Source: Promethearchaeota archaeon
GTDB taxonomy: Archaea; Asgardarchaeota; Lokiarchaeia; Sigyniarchaeales; SOKP01
Direction: 5' to 3'
Assembly (NCBI GenBank): GCA_030599585.1
Contig: JAUVNS010000019.1
Coordinates: forward strand, 16,404 to 80,403
Length of the DNA stretch: 64,000 bases
The notes beneath the pieces are model-generated. The model saw only the letters and a program-made list of their open reading frames with translations, did no database searches and was not told where the DNA came from. Below are positions 36,301-48,300 of the stretch, piece after piece; the stretch's first letter is position 1; every line of letters starts with the position of its first letter. The position numbers and the translations under genes are program-made.

Positions 36301-39300
36301 TTAATTCCGCTCTTCCAAAAATCGCCTTCAGATAGAATATATGGATGTCCCGTGGTAACATCGTTAAATTGATAGTTCCAATCTTCGTATTGGGTTCCGT
36401 AATAGAAAGTCCAATGGTTAAGATCGTTTGGATTAAGTAATTGAAACGCAAGGTTATCTGCTTTTATTTGAGAGTTTTTAGCAGCTATATTACTTACGTG
36501 TTCGTATTCTGCCGTGTTATATTGAGCCGATAATAGCCCGGAAGCTTCCGCTATACTGGCTTCGTAGAAATACCTTACCTCGAAGTACTCATCGGCGGCG
36601 TTTTCCCAGTGCCACTCGTTTTTGTAGCATATAAGTTGTTTCTTATCGCCGCTAATCTTATAACCAGACGGATTTATTTCTCTTAACGAGTCGTATATAT
36701 AAGCACCACCTCCAGTGGCGTAATCTCGATATTTATCGAATTCGTACACGTTGATAACTTCTATTGCGGGATAGTTCGATAATGGAACTAAAGCCGTATC
36801 GGTATCGTCAGGTAATTGGTATTCAAACATATCCCAGCTTCTAAACGTGTCAACTGCGTAAAATACTGGAGTTGCAGAAAGTGATATCACGCCTGTATCT
36901 ATGGTAGTTTTCCAAAGTCCTTGAGAGGAGGATATAAGAACCGATTCTAAGTAATCTTCTTTAGAATTAACGATTTGGAAAATTCTAAAGTCGTAGATTT
37001 CGGACGCAAAAGATTCTAACCCCGTATCAAGGGAAAATTCGGTTTTATACCAGTTGTCTGTAGAGGTATCTAATATGTAATAAAATACTTTATCGTTTTC
37101 GTTGTATGACTTCATAGAAACGCCAACAACTACGACTTCTCCAATCTCACACATAAACGAGTTTATTTCTATAATTGCTCCCTTTATTGCGGTTTCAAAA
37201 ATTATCAGCGAAGTTGGTGTTAAGTCTTTATTAATGGAATACATCGACGAGTTAATTATTCCGTTAAACGAAGGGTTAATAGTTCCAAAATACAGCTTAT
37301 CGCCAATAAGGCGCATTGTACTATGAACTTTCTGACCGTATATCTGGGTGGCGTCGCTCACTTGAGTTTTCGTTAAGGAAGCATCAAAATCAAGTTGCGC
37401 AACGTAGTTGACTTCGTTAGAGGAATTACTAACGCTCACATACATGGTAAAGGATTGGTCGCTCGTGAAATCTAGTAAAAAGTCTTTGAAAATCGCGTCA
37501 GGAAGTGGTTCGGGTAAAGTAATACTAGAAACCGTTGTTGTTTGATTTAAATAATACGATAAAGACGAACTATTGTAAATATAGAAAGAAATTGCATCGG
37601 AATCGGATAATTTGTTAAATATTACTAAGTCTGTATAATTATCGTTGTTTAAGTAATAATTTGATATTTTCTTTCCAATTAACGAAAATCCTAAGGGAAT
37701 GGTGAAATTAACGAACCATTGATTGTTTGAATCGTTAAAAGAATATACGTATATATCACCATTTAGCCCGACTAAGAACGGATGTATAGCTCCGGTATCG
37801 TCAAAGGTTCCATAAGAGCCGTAGAAATAATTACTTGGCTGTTGATGGTATGTATAATTGATAGGAAGATAAGATCGTTGGTTTGGCATTAATTTATAGA
37901 AAGTGTTGTTGCTCACCTGCCAATCGACCGTAAAATACCCATTAGAAGTGGTTGAAGTGCCCATAGGAAGCCAAATTTGGTCGGAATAATCGTAATAACT
38001 CATATCAACAGTTACGTCAGAAGTATTCGCGTTATCGATCCAATTGTCAACAAAACCGCTAAATTGGATCGGATTTTCGGTGTAATTAGTGTTGCTGCTA
38101 TGATATACAATATCGCCAAAATTTAACGCTCCTTCTAAACTACTAGAATCTTCGTTGAAAATATAGAGGTTTTGTATGACAACGAACATATTATCCGCCT
38201 TATCGTAAATTTCTGCTTTGACGTGGGTGAGACCTTCCGCAAAATTTTTCCCGTTTAATTCGAATTGGTAAGTTGGAAACGGAATTGTAAGCGGATCAAA
38301 AACCATTTCGCCTAAATAATAATTACTGGCGTTGAATAACTTAATTTTTTCAATGTTGTGCAAGAATCGATAGCCGTGCTTCACGTAATAGGACTGACTA
38401 GTAGCGTTAAACACGTATCCTGGAGTGAAGTATAACGTTTTGTGATCATGATCGGAACTGCCAAACATAATGTTTCCGGCGTCTCCGGTCTTACCAAGCT
38501 CCCAGTAAATACCACCGTTGGTCGTATTAGCGGTAAGTAGACCAAAACTGCCTTCTGGTGTAAGGTCGTCGTAATGAGCTTGATATCTTTGTGTGACAAG
38601 AGTATTGCCGTATAAATCTTCTACTTCGAAGTAAAACTCAAATCGATCCCTCGTGTATTTACGAGGAAAGTTGTAGTGGGGATCGTCGTTCTCGAACCCA
38701 AGCAGATTGTCTGTCCAACTCTCGGTCATCCCACTCAAGAAAGCAGATATGTCTAAGTTATTTAATACCCAATTTTGCTGGTCGTAAGAAAACGATGCAT
38801 TCCAACCAAAATTGCACTTAATTCCTTTTAAAATTATATCTGTAGTAAGGTAGTTCTTATAGCGTTCGTCAAATGTAATTTCTTGCGTTACGCTATCAAA
38901 AAAGAATGGGATCGAAACACCGTCTAAAGTAACTGCCTCTTCAATTGCGTATACATTCAAATTGAGGAGTGAAATTACCTCATCGTTCCATAGAATCGAA
39001 TTTTCGTAATATTTACCCGTTGCGTTCGTCCAATAATCGTGGAAAGAATAAGTGGTACGATTAGTTGCTAAATAAAGATAATTGGATGAGTTCCAAGAAT
39101 TCCTTCTCATAATTACGTTAAACCAGTTTTTATTACTACCTTGTTCTTCGTAAATTGCAGGACTTGCTAAGGTTTTTAGTACGAATATCTTAACTGACGT
39201 AATCTGAGAAATGTCTGCTAATTCGAGTTCTAAATCTGTATTATCGTTAAAATAAATATCGTTGCTAAAACTATGGCTATTCATTAACTTGCCCGTTATC

Positions 39301-42300
39301 TGAGGTGGAGAGTTATCTACGATAATAGGGTACTTGAACGTAAAGACGTTGTTTGTATAATCCGTAAAAACAAAAGTAAGGTTATGGGAGCCATCTGGAA
39401 TCCTGTTAGAATCGATGATCAGATCGTCGAAGTCGTAAGGTAGGTTATAATAAGTTCCAAGATCGACATATTCGCTATTCGCGTAAATATGGAGCGAGTA
39501 TATCGATTTGTTAAATAAACCAGTACCGTCGCTATTAATTCGCATTAAGCTGGAACCGTTAAACAAGAAACCGCTTTGTAAAGTCTCAGGGAAAAATCCA
39601 AGAACCGTATCGTCAAAGTAAATGTTAAATTCGTCTACAGATAAATACCCAAGGGTATCGTTCGAGATTACCCTAATTATTTGAGTTTGATTAAGTAAGG
39701 GTTCGTTAAAATAGAAACTGAACACGCCTCCTATAACTTCTGTGCTCCCGCTAACGGCTCGCCAATCAGATTCGTAAATTTGAAGGAAAACAGAATCAAC
39801 TCCAGAAGGATCGGTTATTTCGAAAGCAACCATGCCCGAAGTATGGTTAAGGAATACGCCGTCCTCGAACTGAGGGTCAACTACTGGTCCCGAGTGATCA
39901 ACTACCATTCCAAGGTAAGATTGTACAATTTCTGTGTTGTGAATGTTATAGGCAGTAATTTCTAAATTATAAACATCTGAAACAAAGTTAAAAACGTCGA
40001 GATTTAAAACGAACGAAAAGTTGTTTAACATCGTGGTGGAGTATGTATACTCGACGATAATTTTATATGTATCGTGCTCTATATAATCATCGTTAAATTG
40101 AATAAATAAGGTCTTATTTTCGTTATTTGTGTCGTAATAATAAAATATATCACTAGGTTGTAATATCGTTGCGTAACCCTCGTCGTTATTCGAATCAATG
40201 AATAGACGGGTAATTTCAAACATGCCCGAAGGAACGGGTTTAACCTTTAAAACTTGCTGACCGGTGATAGAACGGGTAGTTTGAACCGTGAGGTTCGCTT
40301 TATTGTTAAGATCTACGTTTGGAACAAAAGAGTATTCGTAAGCGTTTCCATAGGTTTGACCGATAAACTTTATGTTGGGACGCGTATTGTAATATGGCAT
40401 GCCCCAGACACTTTGGTACAAACTCGTAATATTAAGCAAGAATGTATTAGAAGTAGGGAATGTTTTGTCTGTGTGGTGATAAATACCGTCGTAATTTCCT
40501 TCTTGCAAAGCCATAGAGTTGCCATTGCTATTGTTGCATAACAACCGAATTGCACCTATAGGAATCGATCGATTGAAGAACCTGAAATCGTCAATACTGC
40601 CATCAAATAAGTTATTTGCCCAAGTTTCGTTTGCAAATCGGGCGCCAATTGCTCCATAAGTTGGAGAGTTACCCGTATAATTCTCGTTATGGGTTACTGA
40701 AGGCCCAAATTGAATTCCGTTCTTGAAAAAAGTTACGATGCCGTTTTCTTTTGTAATTCCAAAGTGCACCCAGGTGCCTATCTCAAATAGTTCTGGACCA
40801 CTTACAACTGAACCGCCAGCAGGAGGGTTGTGATCGAAAGATAATGCTCCATTCTCAAGAACGCTTAAGTAATTTCGAACAAGTTCTCCGCTTTCATATT
40901 CTCCATAAAGAGCAATAGTGTTATTTAACTCATTTAATTTAACCCAACCAGTTATAGCAAATGAGTCTTGACCGTTTTCAAAGATAGGAGAGGTTTGTAT
41001 ATAATCGTACACAATTATTTTTAGCATTTCTAAATCTAATTTAAAGGACTCAAGTTGGTTTTCGCCATAAAACTTAAGTAACACCTCGTAATTACCATCG
41101 AAATGATCTGAACTAAGATTGTAAATATTCTTGGAAAAAGTGGAAAAAGAGCTTATACTAACGTTCTCCCACTTGCTTAGAGAGTAATCCCACACGGAAA
41201 AAATTATTGGTTGCGTTATGTTAGTGCGATAACCATAGTAAAGCCCAATGTTGTCAGTGGAATCGCTAATTCCCAAGGGTAATTTAACAGTAAAGTTTAA
41301 TGTAGGCGGAACAACAGCTCTATAATCGTAAAGCTCCACTTTATTCACGATTAGCTGAGTATTATTTCCAATTATAACGAAAGTAACGTTAAAATCTTCA
41401 AAAACGGATAACCCTTTACCATCCATAAAGGAAGAAACGTTAAATTGACTTTGCGTAGTTTCTGAGTTGTTAGTTGCGTAAATCGCGGAATGCCATTGAC
41501 CGTCCGCTTTGATCTCGTATATAATCTCGAATTTATTTTCCCTCCCATAATTATTATAATAATCGAAACTGTCGCTAGTAGTATTAATCGAATAATCAAG
41601 ATTAATAATAAACATACCATTTTCTTTTTCAAATTGAGATAGACTGCTCTCGTCCGGATAAGCTAGTTCGAATTCTTGTTGCAAAAGCATCTGATTGCTT
41701 AAATTGAGACACTTGAAAACAAATGTATACCTTAAATTTACTATCTCTAATAGTCCATTAGATATATTGAACTTAAGGCCAAAACTATCTTTGCTGGTCG
41801 AATCGAACTCAAAAGTATTTGAAAAATGGTGCCAAGAGCTATCTCTAACTAAAGCGGATTCAGACGAATCGATATAAAATGTTGCGAAATCGCTGAAATC
41901 AGTATGGTCTTTCGTAAAATTGTAATCAAAGTCGATTGATACATCGTATAGTTTTTTGTAATTTGAATATCCCGAATCATATCTATCTAAAAAATTACTG
42001 CTTATACTTTTGGTTATATCTGCAAAAACTTCACCCGTCGATTTAACGGAAGTATAGTCTACTCTCAGTTGATCGATATCTAAATCGAACGCTGATAAAG
42101 AGTTTGCTAGATATCTTACCTTAACGGTATTTGAACCGTCGTAGTAATCAGAAGTCAACTCAAATGGACTTGAATCGGAAATTAAATTCCAACCAGTCCC
42201 CGACCCTGTGAACTTCCAAGCGTAAAAGTCAATAGTAGCTGAAGAAGAGTGGGCGAAATTTATTTCGTCTAGCGTATAAGCGTAAACATCTGAAACAGAC

Positions 42301-45300
42301 CAAGAAACATCAGCGTCCAGGTAATACATGTCAATGACAGGTTTATAATCTACTCTGGCTTGGTCTAAAGTCATACTATGTGCGGAAGATTGAACTGATG
42401 TGTATACTCTCATCAATACTTTATTAGTGCCGTCTTGGTAATACTCGTCGTAAGTCGCTAGGCTTTGCGAAAAGCTGTTACCCATACCATGCCATCCTGG
42501 AGCGTCCCAATCGTATATTTCTGCCGTCCCACCGTTTCCTGCGTAATAAACCCAATCCATCGAGTATACGTTACTCGGGATCATGCTAAACTCGGCATAG
42601 ATTCTGTGATTCGGAGTTCCTCGGGTAAGAACGGTTTCTACCGAGTCCACACTGACAGTATAAGCGCTACCTGTAAGTTTAAACCAGGCAACGTAAACTC
42701 GAAGGTCGTTTACTTGGCTTTGGGTTAACGATAATCCTGACCACGTGAAATACGATGTCCAAGTCCAAGAATCGCCCACAATTGCGGTTTTAGCTGACGA
42801 GTACACACCCGTACCTATTCTCCACCTTACTGAAACTCCACAAAATGCTGGAGTTGATTCTTTTATTCGTGCTCTGATCTTAACGTCAGTTACTTCAGTA
42901 CCTGCGACCCAAGAAGGGTTTTGGATGCCAACTTCGCAATTTGTATTTTGTCCGGATAAGTAATCGCTTCCCGTACCGGTATCGTCAATTTTCTCGTGAG
43001 CAGAACCGCTAGATGGATATAACGTCCAAGTATTTGAATAAGTATAATCTGGACGGAGGGTTGGATAATTTGCAACGTTAGTGAAATATTTCCCAGAATT
43101 TATCGTAGTTTCGTCCGCATCGTCACCTAAAAGATCTCCGTAAGGAGTAGCTAAACTGCCGTAGGTGAAAGAGAAATCTCCAAGTTGAGCAGGTACTTTT
43201 GCTAATTGGGAACCGCCAGATGGTACGAGCTCGGAAGAAATTGTGGAATTGGTGTCCCCTGATGAAGTTAAATTTCCATAAGGAGCCGAATAATCGCCTA
43301 AAATCACGCTAAAATCGCTCGGTTGACTGGGGGTTAAATGATCGTTATAAGATACGAATTCCGAAGAAAGATCGCCGTTACTAAATGAGGAACTAGTAAA
43401 GGCGGAATTGTAATTTAAGTTCCAGTTTGTCCAATCCTCAGATAAAGTTTCAGTAGGGAGTGATGTGGTCATGGATAAAGGATTCATAAAGAACGAGTCG
43501 TTATATCCATCTGGAAAGTAAAGATGACGCATATAAGAACTCTGAAAAGAACTAAGAGAGTCAGCCCACAAAAGCTCGTAATAAGGTTCGTGCTTTTCGT
43601 AGTTGTAATCAAAATCAAACCCTTCTGAGGTAAATTGAGTAGCTGAACTGTCTATTTTTTCTAAATTTCCACTCCAGTCTGAGCTTCCTTGTTCAAGAGT
43701 GAAGTCTTGAGGTTGAGATGGAATAACTGTAATGCTATTAAGCGTTAATGAATGGTCTCCAACTTTTCCTTGGGTCCAGCTTTCAATTCCTATTAAGCTA
43801 CCATCATTGTTCCCTGTTGCGTCGTAAATTACGAGTCCATTTCCTTCGTCAAATTTCCACCAAGTACGCTCGGTGTTCTCCCCTACATTATAGTAATTTT
43901 TATCGATTTGGAGGTCGTTAATGTAAATGTTAGTATCTAATCCTAACGAGACCGTAAATGGAATTAACAGTTCTATAGATTGGGATTTTAGATCGGAAGC
44001 CTTGATCTTTAAAATTTGCGTATCTACCGTTTGGTCTTCGAAATCAAAATCTATTGGATCGAAGGTAATTAAATGTTGAAAGTATAGCCCTTCCGCTTCA
44101 GGGTCAATTTTCTCAAAAGTATACACTTTATTCCCAACTGTCAAGTTTAAAACTTTTAAATCTTGAGCTATTGGGTAAATTTTAAAATAAAAAGGTTCAA
44201 ATATATCGTAAATACGATCAAAAGCGTAATTCTCTACGTACAGGTCACTGAAATAATTCTGGTCGTTGACAAAAGAGAATAGCAATTCGTTTCCATCGTT
44301 TCCAGAGGTATCGTATCCTACTATTTTAAAATCTACGTCTCCATCGGGCATGTATTTAACGTTCCATTGAAGAGTATCATTTGCGCCATAAACCGTGAGA
44401 TCGTCTCTCCAACCTTTTCCGTAGTTATAGGACAGTCGATAAGATTTGAAATCGTTATTAGAAGAACTTATTGTGCCGTTTACAAGCCCGTCGAACTCAG
44501 AGGTCGCTGTCCAAGAACCACTCGCTTGCTGAATTTGATATAAAACATCGTTTGGATTGGTATCCACGGTAATCGATGGGCCGTCAAGGTCGAGTTCTAG
44601 ATCATTTTTCGTAAGGTTAAGGTTATAACTTCCAAATAAAGGATAGGTAACTTTCAATTCTACAACAATGTTAAAAAGAAGCGACTCCTCCCAAGGCAAA
44701 TTAATAAATGGCGCTGAAAAGGGTGAGTAAGTAGCGTTGTTTATTAAAGTCCAATTAGCGTATCCCTGTTCTACCGCCCAAAATTTCGCGTAGTCTATCC
44801 TAGATTCTATTACATCAGAAATTACCAGCGAGATTTCGTCTTTTTTACTTACTGTATTGCTAACTTTTATAGCGTTTTTAAAAGGACTAACAATCGTTTT
44901 GTTTTCGTAGGTATCAAAAGAACTAAAAGCTCCGTTATACGCCTCCGATATTGCGTACCACGTACCGTTTGGAACCGATTCGCTCGAAATATAGTAAGCA
45001 AAATCTCCGCTAGAATCTGATAATTCTACCATTTGAGTCCAATTATCTTTGTTTTGAGTGGTAGGAACGTCGTTGTACATATAATAAATTACCTTAGTAA
45101 GCGAAACTCCGTTGTTGTTGGTGGTAGTAAACTTAATATCGCTGTTGACTTCTTGACTGTCGGAGATCGGCTCCCAATCGTTAATTCCTATCGAAAATGC
45201 TTTGCAAGTGATATTTGGAGGGTTATTAATTACGGTAAGATTGGAAACAGTAAGACTTCCTTGCGATCCCTTGTTGTTTTGGAACACTGCTTTCAGTTCG

Positions 45301-48300
45301 TATATAGTATCGTCGACTAAATTTGTGGTGTTCCAAGTAAAATTGAAGTAAGCAAAATTATTTTCGAAACTATATTGCGAAACGTTGGCAACCAAATCCC
45401 ACCCTGAATAATTACCCATATTTTTGTAATTGTAATACAAAGCAGCCCATTCGAAATCGTTCCCGATCGCTTTAACTTCCACGGGATATAACCCAGAAAC
45501 TACCGTAAAAGATTCTACGTTAACAAATTCGGGCAATATATCCCCTTGAACGAATTCAAACTTTACGCTATCTATGATCACCCCCCATCGACTCCTAAAT
45601 TCTTTCTCCGATGTGATATAAAAAGCGTCTTTCAACTGTGCTGTGAGTTCCAGGAATAAATAATCGGTGTCAGTAACTATGTCGTCCCCGTAAATGTATA
45701 TTTTAATAGGATCTTTGGTATAGTAATATTTTTGACCTAAATCGTTTGTTACGTTGCTAAAATCGTTAAAATCAAATTCTTGTATTTTAATAGAAGCGTT
45801 TGAATATTCAGAAAGAATTTTTGAGCTGAATTGATTGAATATTTCTAATTTAAACTTTAATAATTCTGATTTAAACTCGTCGGTAGCTTTATCTCGATCC
45901 GTTCCGTTTTGATACTCAAAAAATGGGTGAACGGTTATAATAGATCTTAAATAATAATCTAAGGTATCTTCAGACTCTAAATTAGGCGTTACTATTCCAA
46001 CCCGACCGGTAGAATCTGGACCGTCGATTAAGAGTTCGTCTTGATACGAATCGTAATAACCAAAACAATCGGTTAGATGAGTGTTTATAAGATTGAGGTA
46101 GTTCGCAGGACAAGTATTTTCAACTGTTTTAATTAAAACTGGTAAGTAGTTGTAGTTGTTCCCTTCTTGAGACGCCGGATAATAAGCATCGCTTGTGGAC
46201 GAAAAAGCGATAAAATCGTCTCGATTATCTATTTCAATGTCGAAGTCGCTGAGTAAGTTCAAATCTGCTCCTTTGCTTACCTTTTCAAAAAAGCCGTAAG
46301 GGTTAGATTCCTTAGTAAGCAAATACAACTGATTGTTTGCAGACCCGTTTCTCCAATCAATCGACAACTTTAGACTGTTGAAAATAAGATTGACGCCGTT
46401 TTGAATGTTATACGAGTTCAAGTCGTATGTTTTTACCTTTACGTTTAACACTAAATAAACTACTTGCTCGTTGCTTTCGTATAAATCTTTAAGAAGAGCA
46501 AAAAGAGCCTGCTTTTCAGTTTGTGTAAGTTGGAAATATTCTTCTTTGTTGTGAATTTCAACTGAGAAGTTCTCTAAGTTAAGCGTATAATATAAGTTTC
46601 CAAAATTTTTAGACCATTTAGAGTTGAGATTAATGTCTTGGAGAGAATACCCGGTCCAAGAATTGTATCTAATTTCGTTAGAGATAACTACGTCGGGATT
46701 GTCGTCGCTTTCGACCATAACCATTAATTCACATTCTAAGTTAGAATATGGAAGCGAGGACATGTGTTCGAATTGGTCGAAAAATAAACTAATGGCGTCA
46801 AAATCGATTAGTAAGTCAATTGAATTATCGTTAGATTGTTCTAGATATGGATCCACGAAAGCTGTAACATTTTCTAAATTCAATTTGTTAGAAATCAAAA
46901 ATTCGCTTTGAGCGTAAGTGCTTGACTCGTGTGACTTAGTTAACACGCCAAACGACTCCGAAGAGAAATTAGTTGGATTAAGTTTGAAAGAAAGGTATAC
47001 GTTATCTAAACCGACTTGATATTGGTCGAGGTCGGCAGTCTTGTTTAAACTCCAATCGTCTTTTACTAAGTTAAACCTTAAATTGAAGTGTTCCGTGAAG
47101 TTAATAGGGTAGGGGAATTGTACTTCGAAAGGGTAGATGTGATTTTGAACTTTGGTATCAGTTGCGTTAATTTCTGAAAACGATAAGGAAGTTTGCGATA
47201 GGTTGTAAAAATACCTTAAGTATTCGGGGTAATAGGTAGCGAGGTTATTCTCGACCCAATTATCCAAAGTTTGAGCGTTCCAATCTGTATCTAAAATTAC
47301 GCACTGAGTACCTGCAAATTCTAAGGAAACGATATATCGCAACCTATCTTCTGACTCGAGCAGGTCGTTATCAAACACGCTTAAGTCTAAATCGAAGTAT
47401 ACGCTCATATTAGCTGAAAATGCACTATCGGTAAAAAGGATGGGCATGAAGTCAGCAGAAAGCGTGCTAAAAGAGTTGAGATCGGCTCTCGCGCACGAAG
47501 TATATTCTACTGTCCAAGAGTTCGAGTTATTGGTTGAAAAGGTCCAAAACACTCCGTTTGACCAAAACGCGTCTGGATTTTGCTCTTCGGTACTTTCTTC
47601 GCTTTTCACGTAAAAGGGTCCGGTGAACTCTTGAGTCTCTAAATCGAAATACATATACTGAATTTTCCACTTGCTACTTTCCCCAGTTTTTCTGGAATTC
47701 ACTTCGTAGGCTATAAAAAGAGTGTCATTAAACCCTAAATTGACAATGGGGTTAAGCATTTTATAAAAATCGTAATCTCCAAAATTGATTGAGTCAGAAA
47801 TAGTTTCTACTATATTAAACTGACCGCTACTACTATTATACTGAGTGTGTTTAAAAATTAAGTCGCTATACGAGCTATTAACTTGACTGGAGTATACTAC
47901 GCTGATTAAGTCGTCGTTATTATATACGATGTCTGCTTGTCTGGAAATCGACTCGTCTTCTAGACCTCCTGAGACAAAAATATCTTCTTGAAACTGAAAG
48001 TTATCGTTGGAGACATCTAAATAAATTTGACGATCAGTAGCGTTAGTAAATCTTTCGAATATATACGCAATTTCGTTTTTTACGATTGAAACGTCAATTA
48101 TTAAGCTATTAGGAAGAATATAATCTTCGAGCGAGTACTTAACGTAAAAATAATTTTCTGAAGGAAGTTCGGAGGAAAACGATATGTTAAGATTATCGTT
48201 TCCGTAAGCACCTATTAAAGACCAGTTGTTCCTACTCAACCGAGTTGCGAAGCGTTCAATTTCGTAGGAGGGAAGTGGTGAGGTCGAGTAGTAAATATCC

